This document shows positions 55,356 to 64,000 of a stretch of DNA of 64,000 nucleotides, in pieces. The DNA is taken from assembly GCA_023129075.1 (NCBI GenBank), contig JAGMCT010000023.1, positions 811 to 64,810 on the forward strand, read 5' to 3'. The notes beneath the pieces are model-generated. The model made no database searches. It was not told the origin of the DNA and saw only the letters and a list, made by a program, of their open reading frames with translations. The translations under genes and the position numbers were made by a program. Origin of the DNA: Candidatus Micrarchaeota archaeon. GTDB lineage: Archaea; Micrarchaeota; Micrarchaeia; Anstonellales; Bilamarchaeaceae. Position 1 is the stretch's first letter, and each line of letters opens with the position of its first letter.

Positions 55356-55916
55356 TTATAGTAAAAATAAAAGGTGGAACAGAGCGGCAGCTGCTAGCGT
55401 AATCATAAGATTATCATCCAAAAATATTGGGAAACTTTCTGCAACAGCACATAAAAAAGCAAGCGGAACAGCGTACCAGCCTATGAATATTCCAGAGATT
55501 AAAGAACCGAAAAAGAATGCAAGAGAACCCTCGAGGGTTTTAACCGGATTATAAGGCAGTCTTATCTTTCCTGTTCTTCCAATAATTGTTGAAAGCCCGT
55601 CACCCAGTGCAAGGACAGTTATCACTGCGTACTCCCACTGAATATCTGGTATCATAAGGAGAATAAGCAGAACCCCAACAGAGAACCATGCAGAGCCGTA
55701 ACCAGGCACTTTTGCTTCTCTTCTCTCAAATTTATCCACAAACCAGGATACCACAGGAATCCTATAACCCAGAAGAATAAGATTCACCAGGAGAAATCCA
55801 GAGAATATCATCCCGCTCAGAAGATAAATAAGCTTGGTTCTGCCGAATAAAAAAAGTATAAACATAAAGAATATGCCGAGCAGGATGTGGATTAATTGTC
55901 TATTTCTTTCTCTCAT
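55356..55916 (-). CDS. integral membrane protein, polyprenol/dolichol kinase-like
   Basis: Six TM helices; LALGDGLSTIIGRTGK resembles the CTP-dependent dolichol/phytol kinase motif; overlaps the downstream PAP2 gene. Confidence 0.35.
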   Translation of the reverse strand: MRERNRQLIHILLGIFFMFILFLFGRTKLIYLLSGMIFSGFLLVNLILLGYRIPVVSWFVDKFERREAKVPGYGSAWFSVGVLLILLMIPDIQWEYAVITVLALGDGLSTIIGRTGKIRLPYNPVKTLEGSLAFFFGSLISGIFIGWYAVPLAFLCAVAESFPIFLDDNLMITLAAAALFHLLFLL

Positions 55917-56349
55917 GGTGCCACCTCCATGCTGTATCTACTATTAAATAGGATACAGGTGCGATTATAAAACCTGCTGCAATATCCTCGAAGTAATGAA
56001 CTCCAAGGTAGAGCCTGCTCATCCCTATGAGAAAAGCAAAAATCCAAAATAACGGAAACGATTTTTTATTTATGAATGCAATCATCAGTGTCAAAGCAAT
56101 TGCAGCATGACCGCTTGGAAACGAAAAAGAAAGCGGGCAGAAATCCTCTCCAACACACGGTCTTGGAACCTGAAGAATTCCTTTTAATCCATAAACCAAA
56201 AGAGCTGCAAGAATTATTGCAAAGGTTATTTTGGCTATCTTCTTTGGTCTTTTTTCAGTTAGTAAAACCAAAAATAGAACAAACATGAAGAAAATAACAG
56301 AGTTGCCCAAAACCAATGAGAACTCATGAAACACTGGAATATACATCAT
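55900..56349 (-). CDS. PAP2-family phosphatase (undecaprenyl/phosphatidate phosphatase-like)
   Basis: PAP2 signature KGILQVPRP … PSGH … SRLYLGVHYFEDI. Confidence 0.7.
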   Translation of the reverse strand: MMYIPVFHEFSLVLGNSVIFFMFVLFLVLLTEKRPKKIAKITFAIILAALLVYGLKGILQVPRPCVGEDFCPLSFSFPSGHAAIALTLMIAFINKKSFPLFWIFAFLIGMSRLYLGVHYFEDIAAGFIIAPVSYLIVDTAWRWHHERKK

Positions 56350-56397
56350 TTTCTCTTAGAATATTGTAAGTTTAAAACTCTTTCCTAGGCTGTCTTA

Positions 56398-58305
56398 TTA
56401 CCTGAACAAAACTTCCATCACATCAAGCACAAGAGAAACCTCTTTTTTCTGGAAACCGCAGTTGTTTAAATAAATAACAAAATCCTCAGGCTGCCTTGCC
56501 CATGCAGGGGTATTTCTAAGCGCTTTAACTATCTTTTCTTTTCCACCAAAACGTTTTACTCCCTTGAACATATCCTCAGTGATAAATGTCCCGCCGTACA
56601 AATGAATGTTTGCTATTGCCTCCTGCAAAATTCCTGTTCTTCTCCCTCTTAGTATTCCTGAAGCAGCAAAATCAACAACCTTCTCTCCAACACTTTCCCC
56701 GGTTCTTCCGAAAAATACCTTCATTCCTGAAGGTGAAACACCTGCTCCTTTTACTGACTCGGAGAATAACTCGTCTGTTCTTCTTACAACTTTTGATATG
56801 TCCACCCTATTTCCCTTAGCTATCTTATATGCAAGAGAAAAGGGTTTTTCCTGATAAATAGTAACTTTTATTCCGGGGTATATCTCTTCAAATGCATTCT
56901 TAAGCGCGGTTGCATATTTATCATTAAAAAAATCAGTTGCCGGATGCCCAAGGAGATTCATCATGCTTGGCCCTACGCCATTTTTCACCAATGTTTGCCC
57001 TACTGCCTTTCCTTCTGTTTCAGCTGCCACCTTAAAACAAGCTGTAGTATAATCATCAAAACCCAATCTGAACCCAACAAATCCATCAGGTTTAATTCCG
57101 CTCGGAAGCTCTTTTATGGCTTTTCCATCCAATCTAACAAACTTCCTTAATACCTTCAGAATCTCTTCTCCTTTGTGCTCTCCAAGTTTTTTCTTTATAC
57201 TGCTGAACAATCCCCTCGTTTCTCCCCATGAAAGAAACTTTGACATTGGCTTTACTATCTCTCCTGGTTTCCCCTTAATGGAAACAACACCTAATTTTCC
57301 TCCCCTTTCAACTATTAAACCCTCTTCTGCACTCAGAGAAAATTTCTTTAGAGAATTCTTAACATCCTTCCATTTCTTAGGCAATTTCGTAACACTCCTT
57401 TCAGTGCTTTCAAATACCTTGTCAATATTTTTGTATAATTCCGTTCCAAACCTCTCGGCAGCTTTTTTCTCATGTCCTATGAATGTGATTACAATCTCGT
57501 CTCCTCCGGTTCTTACTGCACTCCCTCCTACTTTCTTTGCAGCCCTTTCAGCAGCTCCAAGGTAAACAAATAAACCAATATCTCCCAGCTCCCTTGAGAT
57601 ATTATTAAGAAACCATGTTCGTCCCTTATCTACTGTAATGAAGGTAGTGCGGATTCCTTTTTGAAAATCTACTGAAACCATTGTTTTTTTGATTCTTTCT
57701 TTTACATCTTTTACATCCACTCCTGCTTCCTGATTAAGCGCCTTGAATAACTGGGATTTGTCCTTGTAAACAAACATCTCTTTTGCTGCATCAGCAAGCT
57801 CATCTGTATTTTTTATCCTGCTTTTCTTTGTTCCCTCCATTAATGCAGAAAAGATTTCATCAACCTTGCCTGGTGCATTCTCCAATCCTCTTTTTGCGAT
57901 ATCCTTCTCCATCTTTATGCTGGATTTAAGCAGCTCTTTTGCTGCCTTTGTATTCCTGGATTTTTTGATAAGATATTTAGATATCTCTTTTATTCCTTTA
58001 TAGCCTGCTTTTCTTGCTACTACAATCTCCGGAGCAAGGGTAAATCCGCTTGCTGCCATACCGCTTACGGAAACAGCATCAACTATTCCAAGGGCGGCAA
58101 GCATGCCCATATTTATTCCTAATTCTGTTTTGTTTTCTGAGTTTTTTATGCCTTCAAGTGTTTCAGGAACCCAGTAAAATGGAATTACGGTGTCTGCTAT
58201 AAAATTTGCGGTTTCTTTGATGGTTTTTGCATAGTCCTCTGCCTTTGGCTGTAATCCTCTTTTTCCGATTTCAGTATAATATTCCATTTTATCTGCAGGT
58301 ACCAT
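56398..58305 (-). CDS. large hypothetical protein with a possible GGDEF-like palm motif
   Basis: 635 aa; VRTGGDEIVITFIG preceded by an LGAAERAAKK helix resembles the R-x-GGDEF core of nucleotide cyclases; no other domain recognised. Confidence 0.4.
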   Translation of the reverse strand: MVPADKMEYYTEIGKRGLQPKAEDYAKTIKETANFIADTVIPFYWVPETLEGIKNSENKTELGINMGMLAALGIVDAVSVSGMAASGFTLAPEIVVARKAGYKGIKEISKYLIKKSRNTKAAKELLKSSIKMEKDIAKRGLENAPGKVDEIFSALMEGTKKSRIKNTDELADAAKEMFVYKDKSQLFKALNQEAGVDVKDVKERIKKTMVSVDFQKGIRTTFITVDKGRTWFLNNISRELGDIGLFVYLGAAERAAKKVGGSAVRTGGDEIVITFIGHEKKAAERFGTELYKNIDKVFESTERSVTKLPKKWKDVKNSLKKFSLSAEEGLIVERGGKLGVVSIKGKPGEIVKPMSKFLSWGETRGLFSSIKKKLGEHKGEEILKVLRKFVRLDGKAIKELPSGIKPDGFVGFRLGFDDYTTACFKVAAETEGKAVGQTLVKNGVGPSMMNLLGHPATDFFNDKYATALKNAFEEIYPGIKVTIYQEKPFSLAYKIAKGNRVDISKVVRRTDELFSESVKGAGVSPSGMKVFFGRTGESVGEKVVDFAASGILRGRRTGILQEAIANIHLYGGTFITEDMFKGVKRFGGKEKIVKALRNTPAWARQPEDFVIYLNNCGFQKKEVSLVLDVMEVLFR

Positions 58306-58320
58306 TCATATCACCAATAA

Positions 58321-58965
58321 TTACCATGTCCAGGAGCCAAGAATATCAATGGTTCCTTGTAGACTATCCAATCTCTTTTCTTCGTCCTCTTCCTTATACT
58401 CCAATATTTTTTTGGAAAGATTCTCAGCAATAAAAAGCAGAGCTGTTCCGTCTCCATCTAACATCTTTGCAGCATGCACAATTTGCTCAAGCATCTCCTC
58501 GCCTTTTTGAGTCAATCCAAGCTCTTTAAGTTTGCCTGCCCTTTCATCTAACAGGTCCCAGAGAAGCTTATCGCTTCCCCATGCTCTTACCAACTCCTCG
58601 GTATAATCCATTGCCTCTAAAAAATCTTGCTCAGAATCATCAAAACCATTAATCATCCTTGCAACAAGATCTTTTGCATCTTCCTTTCTTGCTGCATCAA
58701 GAAGCTCCTTAAACCTCCCTCTTACCTCAGGTCTGAATTGTTTGAGCTTCTCTTTTGCTTCTGCAATCTCTTTGTCTCTTTCTTCTTTTGGTCTTTTCCT
58801 AAAGATATACTTAATTATATCAGCAGTTATACCCTTCGGCCTCCCAGGAACCCTGAAACTCTCCCAGAACCTTGCTTTTGGGGAGGGCCATGGTTTTTTT
58901 CCTTTTTTATTTTTCATTTCAGCAGATTCAACCATATTATCACTCAAATGCTGTGTAATTAACAC
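58321..58965 (-). CDS. hypothetical protein
   Basis: 214-aa helical protein 16 bp downstream of the previous gene; likely co-transcribed. Confidence 0.4.
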   Translation of the reverse strand: MLITQHLSDNMVESAEMKNKKGKKPWPSPKARFWESFRVPGRPKGITADIIKYIFRKRPKEERDKEIAEAKEKLKQFRPEVRGRFKELLDAARKEDAKDLVARMINGFDDSEQDFLEAMDYTEELVRAWGSDKLLWDLLDERAGKLKELGLTQKGEEMLEQIVHAAKMLDGDGTALLFIAENLSKKILEYKEEDEEKRLDSLQGTIDILGSWTW

Positions 58966-59014
58966 ATTACAAGTTTAAAATTCTTTCTTTTTTCTTAACT
59001 GAACAGAATTCTCT

Positions 59015-60598
59015 TCAAAAAAAACCTTTAACAATAGTGAAAATAACCATCGCAGAAACCGAGAGAACCCCGAAATAGATTACTGAGTTTGAGGGTTTTG
59101 CCTCGCTTTCAGAGATATAGTAGGATACAAGAACGGAGTAGATTATGAGATATGTGGGAATTACTGAAGGAGCCAGATTTGCTATTTCATTATTTATCTC
59201 CATTAAAGAGGATATCTTCAATATCAATGAAAGTGAAAGCGCAAGAACCGCAGGCAGTATAAATCCTCCTGCAAGAAGGGTGTATTTCTGCATCGCAAGA
59301 AGATTGCTTCTTTCCCTCTTTATCTGGAACAAGGAGAGTATGTCTTCAGAAATAGAGGTCATATATCTTGAGGTATCTGCACCACTGCTGAGAACCTCTT
59401 CTATAAAAAGGCAGATTCTTTCTCCCATCTTTCCTGTTCTCTTACCAAGGGAAACCAGAACCTTTGACTGCTTTACATGGGATTTCAATTGTTTGAGAGA
59501 AATCTCCAATTCCTCCTTTAATTCTTCTCCTGAAGAAAGCATCGGAATCAATATTGATTCAAGGGTTTTTCCTTTTGGGCTTTGTGCAGCTGAAAGAAGC
59601 GCATCCGGGAGCTGGTTCTCTATTTTTTCCAGTCTTTTAATCTCCAGATATTCCTTGTAGGAAAGACCCAGCACAAGCAGAACGCCAAGGATAATTATTA
59701 TTGTCATCCAGAAGGAAGGCAGATTAAGGAAAGAAAACAGTATGAGCAGGAGTGCAAGAAGTATTGTAAGCAGAAGCGGGAATCTGCTGAAATCGTTCTG
59801 CAGAACCTCCTTTGGTTCGCATGATTTCATGAAAAGAAGCAGGATTACCGAGATTAGAGGAAACCCAATGAAATAAAGGAATATGAAAGCTATTGGAGGG
59901 AATTTCATTTGAAAAGCGATTCCTCCAACTGTTGTGAATATAAGAACTATTGCAGGAAGAAGGGTTGAAATTGCTATGAATAAAAGACCGAACATTGCCT
60001 GTTTTGAGGCGAATTCCTTAAGCTTGTACTTTCTGATGTTGAGCAGGTCTTCTGAGATTCTCTTTATATTATCCTCTCTGCCGTATCTATAAGCTGTTAC
60101 CACCTGCGCTATCGCTCTTTTTATCTGCAGGGACTTTATTCCTTTGAGCATGGAAAGAAGTGATGTATCAAGCGCCATTCCTTTCTTTATCTCTCTTACC
60201 GCCTTCTTCAGAAGGGAAGGGAGCATACCCTCCTCTTTTGAGATTAAACCAAGGGTCCTTGGAAAAGGAATCCTGAGCTCCAAAAGCATGTGCAGTGTTT
60301 TCAGGAAATACGGCAGTTCTGCTTCCATGGTCTTTTCTTTTTCATCTAGAAGAATAGAAGGGAAGCGGAGGAAGAAAAGAACAAGCAGAAGAAAGGAGAG
60401 TATAAAGGCAAAAAAGGAAAACACAAAATCAAAGGGGATGAGAGAGAGCATTATGAGAATTGAAAAAACAAACGAAAGAATAAGGGAAAATGTTGTATAA
60501 GACTCTATATCTCCGTTAAGGAGTTCAAGTTGTTTTTTGAGTTTCGTATTGGAATAATGAATCTGCGGGAATCTTTTTGAGAATTCTATAATGTCCAT
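59015..60598 (-). CDS. archaeal pilus/archaellum assembly membrane protein (TadC/FlaJ-like, two T2SS-F domains)
   Basis: 527-aa polytopic membrane protein with two cytoplasmic helical T2SSF-like domains between TM bundles. Confidence 0.55.
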   Translation of the reverse strand: MDIIEFSKRFPQIHYSNTKLKKQLELLNGDIESYTTFSLILSFVFSILIMLSLIPFDFVFSFFAFILSFLLLVLFFLRFPSILLDEKEKTMEAELPYFLKTLHMLLELRIPFPRTLGLISKEEGMLPSLLKKAVREIKKGMALDTSLLSMLKGIKSLQIKRAIAQVVTAYRYGREDNIKRISEDLLNIRKYKLKEFASKQAMFGLLFIAISTLLPAIVLIFTTVGGIAFQMKFPPIAFIFLYFIGFPLISVILLLFMKSCEPKEVLQNDFSRFPLLLTILLALLLILFSFLNLPSFWMTIIIILGVLLVLGLSYKEYLEIKRLEKIENQLPDALLSAAQSPKGKTLESILIPMLSSGEELKEELEISLKQLKSHVKQSKVLVSLGKRTGKMGERICLFIEEVLSSGADTSRYMTSISEDILSLFQIKRERSNLLAMQKYTLLAGGFILPAVLALSLSLILKISSLMEINNEIANLAPSVIPTYLIIYSVLVSYYISESEAKPSNSVIYFGVLSVSAMVIFTIVKGFF

Positions 60599-60714
60599 TA
60601 ATGAAGGTTTTGAAAAAGAGAATTTATATTGTTTTAGGAGGTATTGGTGTGAACCGGAAAAAAATTGGATTATAGTTTAAACAGGAAGAAGAATATTAGA
60701 ATATAGATAGAATA

Positions 60715-60787
60715 ATGGGAGATCGGAGATTTGAACTCCGAACACCAGCTCCCAAAGCTGGCAGCTTACCAGGTTGGCCCAATCTCC
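60715..60787 (-). tRNA. tRNA-Pro (anticodon TGG)
   Basis: Reverse complement GGGAGATTGGGCCAACCTGGTAAGCTGCCAGCTTTGGGAGCTGGTGTTCGGAGTTCAAATCTCCGATCTCCC; anticodon stem CCAGC/GCTGG, loop TTTGGGA, canonical T-arm CGGAG-TTCAAAT-CTCCG. Confidence 0.75.
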
Positions 60788-60820
60788 CTGCTTTTTCTAT
60801 AGACTTTTTATTCTAAAAGA

Positions 60821-61438
60821 CTAAAGCTTTAAAAATGAAATCTTGAGTTCGTTAGAAATCTCAACCAAACCCGCTTCAAGGAAATGAGCGGCTGGCACTT
60901 TCAGTATTTTCGTATTCCCTATCTCTCCAATCCCCTTGTGTTCATGTATATGACCGCATACGCAGAGAGCAGGCTGTTTTTCCTTTATTATCTCAAGAAC
61001 AGCTGAACTGCCTGCATGCCCGTCCCTTACCTCATCAAAATAACCATAAGGGGGAGCATGAGCAGCAAAAATGGTTTTAGAATCCATTGGAAGGTTCTTC
61101 ATTCCAGAATATAATTCTATCTCAGGAAACTCCCCAGGGGTTCCAAAAGGAGTAGGGGGGCTGTACCCAAATCCCACAAGAGAATAACCATTTTCCAGCT
61201 CCATTCTCTTTTCATGGATGTTCTTTTCCCCGAATAAATCAACTATCTGTTTGCTCTCATTGTTTCCAGGAATAAAAAGGCCGTTCTGTATCTCCTCTAC
61301 TGCTTTCTGTGCAAAGGAAAAATTGTTTCCGGTAACATCCCCGCAGATAACGGTGAGGTCCATTTCCCTGCTTTTTTTTATTATTCTGTCTAAAGAAAGT
61401 TCATCATTATGGATGTCTGCTGAAAAAAGAATCCTCAT
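60821..61438 (-). CDS. calcineurin-like metallophosphoesterase
   Basis: Metal-ligand motifs D.H (SADIHND), GDVTG, GNNE, GHIHE. Confidence 0.7.
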   Translation of the reverse strand: MRILFSADIHNDELSLDRIIKKSREMDLTVICGDVTGNNFSFAQKAVEEIQNGLFIPGNNESKQIVDLFGEKNIHEKRMELENGYSLVGFGYSPPTPFGTPGEFPEIELYSGMKNLPMDSKTIFAAHAPPYGYFDEVRDGHAGSSAVLEIIKEKQPALCVCGHIHEHKGIGEIGNTKILKVPAAHFLEAGLVEISNELKISFLKL

Positions 61439-62238
61439 TCTTTCACGGTTTTGTGTATCTCCTCGACTCTTTTATCAAGCGATATCTTGAGTTCTTCTGC
61501 TATAAAGCGCTTTGTATAATGGTCCGCTCTTGCAGCAAGCGAGAGTTTTGCTGCGAGTATTCTTGCAATCTTACCTCTCTCCTTTTTGGATGCTGTTGAG
61601 ATAAGAGGATGCTGGAATATTATTCCGTGTTTTGGGGGATTTACCTTTTTGTTTCTGAGATGCTTGAAAAGCGCCCTTTCTGCTCCTATAACCTGTACTG
61701 TACTGGCAGGCATGAAAGCCAGTTTTTTCAGTCCACCGGCAACAGAAATGAGCTCGCCTGCAAGCTTGGAACCGGCAAGATAATCCAGATTAGGACATAT
61801 CTCCTTTGTGAGTTTGGAAAGGTATTTTTCATATTGCTTTTTCAGGTTGTAGAGAGAAAGGATTGTTTCTGCAAGCTCCTTTATCTTTTCCATATCCCCC
61901 TGAGTGAGCTTTGCACCTATGCTTGCCTTTGCTTTCTGCACTATTTCTTCTGCTTTGTTTTCTCCAATTACCTTTCGTACAGAATCTACTGAGGGAGTAT
62001 CCTTATCAAACAGCAAAACAACCTTCACAAACCTCTCTTTATCCCCCATTTTAAATTCAGGGAAATAAGTGCCATACATTCCTTCAAGCCTTTCCTCCAG
62101 CTGGTGAACCACCTCTTCCAAATCCTTTATTGTCTTTGAAATATGTATTACCATCCCGTCCCTGCTTGTTAATAGTTCCTGGGTTTTTTTCTTTGCTTTT
62201 CTCATGAACAATTCTCTTTTTTCTTTCATACAAAACAC
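61435..62238 (-). CDS. Nop-domain protein (Nop5/Nop56-58 C-terminal domain; short form)
   Basis: LAGSKLAGELISVAGGLKKLAFMPASTVQVIGAERALFKHLR…PPKHGIIFQHPLI…RGKIARILAAKLSLAARAD is the snoRNA-binding Nop domain; the N-terminal domain is absent or short. Confidence 0.6.
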   Translation of the reverse strand: MFCMKEKRELFMRKAKKKTQELLTSRDGMVIHISKTIKDLEEVVHQLEERLEGMYGTYFPEFKMGDKERFVKVVLLFDKDTPSVDSVRKVIGENKAEEIVQKAKASIGAKLTQGDMEKIKELAETILSLYNLKKQYEKYLSKLTKEICPNLDYLAGSKLAGELISVAGGLKKLAFMPASTVQVIGAERALFKHLRNKKVNPPKHGIIFQHPLISTASKKERGKIARILAAKLSLAARADHYTKRFIAEELKISLDKRVEEIHKTVKE

Positions 62239-63369
62239 CTATTCGTAATTTTTGTCCCACATTTCTTTTGCGAGTTTTCCTTTATATAAGTATGCTTCAA
62301 CATCGACCTTCTCAACCGCTTCCCTGTGTTTTTCAAGGAATGTATTTACCTTACCTATAAGAATCTCCTTGAGTTCTCCTGTAAGCATGCTTCCGCTTGT
62401 ATATTCTTCTTTTATTTCCTTCAGTCTTTTGTCATCAGGTTCAAAGAAGATGTCAAGCCATTGGAAGGAAACATCAACAGAGACCTCTCCGCCTTTTTTC
62501 CTGTGCTCCTCTACTGTTTCCTTTCCTCCTGAAAATGCATACTTATTTATCTTCTTTTTCACGGTTTTTTCATCATCCGTAAGCCATACTGCGCTTTCCT
62601 TTATACTTGAACTCATCTTTCCGCTCACTCCTGTAAGCGGAGGGAAGAATTTAGAATGGATTGCTGCTGTTTTGTAATAACCAAGGGTTTCTGCAATATC
62701 TCTCTGGATTCTCCAATAAGGGTCCTGATCTATTGCAGAAGGAATCAGACATCTTTTCTTTTCAAAGAAAGTAGGAACAATCTGGGAAGCGGGGTAATTA
62801 ATCATTCCTATGCTGGTTTCATTAGTAAATCCGAATACTGCCTTTGCTGTAGAGAAAGTAATCTTTCTTGCGGTTTTCAGAATTAGGGGATAAATATTTT
62901 TTATGTATTCACTGTCGCGGAAAATGAATGTCTTGTTTGGATTAAAACCAAGTGCTGCTATATTCCTTATATTGTCTTCGCTGTTCTTCTTTATTTCATT
63001 CCATGTTCTCTCCCTGTTATAAAGAAACTTCTCATCATCAGTTATCTGTATGTAAAGATTGACATCAAATGCATCCTGGAGGTATTTGGTAAAGAGCAAA
63101 GGGATTACATGGCCAAGGTGCATCTGACCGCTGGGGCCTCTTCCTGTGTAAAGAAAGAAACCTTTTCCTTCTGTATGGTCCTTTAATACAATGTCCAGGT
63201 CCCTGTGGGAAAAGAAAAAATCCCTGCTTATCATATTGGGGCCTTCCTTCATCTTATTCAATAGTTTTTCCTTTAGTGTTTTGTCTATTTTTTTTGTGCC
63301 GAATTCCTGTATTAATTTATCGTAATCAACCTCGCCCTGAACCTCCCAGGGGGTAACCTTGCTATTCAT
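62239..63369 (-). CDS. trpS: tryptophanyl-tRNA synthetase (archaeal/eukaryotic type)
   Basis: HIGH-like GRGPSGQMHLGH and KMSKS-like KMSSS; N-terminal TPWEV…DYDKLIQEFG is typical of archaeo-eukaryotic TrpRS. Confidence 0.75.
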   Translation of the reverse strand: MNSKVTPWEVQGEVDYDKLIQEFGTKKIDKTLKEKLLNKMKEGPNMISRDFFFSHRDLDIVLKDHTEGKGFFLYTGRGPSGQMHLGHVIPLLFTKYLQDAFDVNLYIQITDDEKFLYNRERTWNEIKKNSEDNIRNIAALGFNPNKTFIFRDSEYIKNIYPLILKTARKITFSTAKAVFGFTNETSIGMINYPASQIVPTFFEKKRCLIPSAIDQDPYWRIQRDIAETLGYYKTAAIHSKFFPPLTGVSGKMSSSIKESAVWLTDDEKTVKKKINKYAFSGGKETVEEHRKKGGEVSVDVSFQWLDIFFEPDDKRLKEIKEEYTSGSMLTGELKEILIGKVNTFLEKHREAVEKVDVEAYLYKGKLAKEMWDKNYE

Positions 63370-64000
63370 TTTTTGCCTCCTTAACCCATTCGTAATACTT
63401 TCTTAAGCCGTCATCTATGTAAACTTTGGGCTGCCAGCCCAATTCTTTTTTTGCCTTTTCTGTATTTGAAGATGTGTGCTGGACGTCTCCCTGTACATCC
63501 CCGCTGAAAACCAATTCTGAAGAAGAATTAGTGATTTCTTTTATTTTCTGTGCAAGCTCAAGCACGGTTACTTTATTTCCGCCTCCTAAATTATAAGAAG
63601 TTGTTTTTCCCTTATTCAAAGCAAGAATAGTGCCTTCCACAATATCAGAAATATAAGTAAAATCCCTGCTCTTTTTGCCGTCTCCGTATATCTCCAAGGG
63701 CTGATTTTTCATCGCATTGTGCATGAATTTATTTATCGCAAGGTCCGGCCTTACTCTTGGGCCGTAGACCGTGAAATAGCGAAGCATCGGAATCTCCAGG
63801 CCGTAAAGTTCTGAGAACACCCTGCAGTAGTGCTCTCCTGCAAGCTTGGAAACACCGTAGGGGGAGATGGGTTCTGTGGGGTGGTTTTCATCAAAAGGAA
63901 GGTGGTGGATTTTTCCATAAACCGAAGAGGAGGAGGCAAAGACCACTTTTTTTATTCCTTCTTCTTTTGCTGCCTGAAGAACATTGAGCGTTCCTGTGAT
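63362..64000 (-). CDS. NAD-dependent epimerase/dehydratase (UDP-sugar 4-epimerase-like), 5'-truncated by window end
   Basis: SDR-extended catalytic YGVSKLAGE (YxxxK) and C-terminal epimerase domain; the reading frame continues past position 64000. Confidence 0.7.
   Translation of the reverse strand: MTGTLNVLQAAKEEGIKKVVFASSSSVYGKIHHLPFDENHPTEPISPYGVSKLAGEHYCRVFSELYGLEIPMLRYFTVYGPRVRPDLAINKFMHNAMKNQPLEIYGDGKKSRDFTYISDIVEGTILALNKGKTTSYNLGGGNKVTVLELAQKIKEITNSSSELVFSGDVQGDVQHTSSNTEKAKKELGWQPKVYIDDGLRKYYEWVKEAKNE

Overview
This is an AT-rich (~35% GC) archaeal fragment with a compact genome and many 4-bp ATGA gene overlaps. The gene content fits a DPANN-like lineage: archaeal ThrRS with editing domain, aRF1, aIF2alpha, rpL44e/rpS27e, a GINS subunit, Nop5-like, purP, NAD kinase, SAH hydrolase, and the AMP-phosphorylase/ribose-1,5-bisphosphate-isomerase AMP-salvage pair. 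Roughly 70 CDS are supportable, plus one 5S rRNA and six tRNAs: Val-CAC, Gln-CTG, Cys-GCA, Leu-CAG, Leu-TAA with a ~111-nt intron, and Pro-TGG. The main finding is a ~10.8 kb island at 6849-17683 between purP and thrS. It holds six genes of an undescribed paralogous family built from a ~250-aa module (types A and B) that occurs as fused A-B proteins or as a split A|B pair. The island also contains an N-terminal family remnant, a FtsK/HerA-superfamily ATPase co-oriented with the split pair, and a degenerate SAM-methyltransferase-like gene. Other items worth a second look: tandem tRNA-5'-end-like repeats with covarying hairpins upstream of two tRNAs; a 16-bp perfect palindrome present four times in a nested direct-repeat arrangement around an HTH-MNT/HEPN pair, an adenosine deaminase and a purine permease; a RelA/SpoT-synthetase+TGS protein; an RRM protein; a Cys-rich tandem-repeat lipoprotein; a transmembrane wHTH regulator coupled to purP; and several higher-GC, probably acquired, genes (B12-rSAM, a methyltransferase, two hypotheticals).
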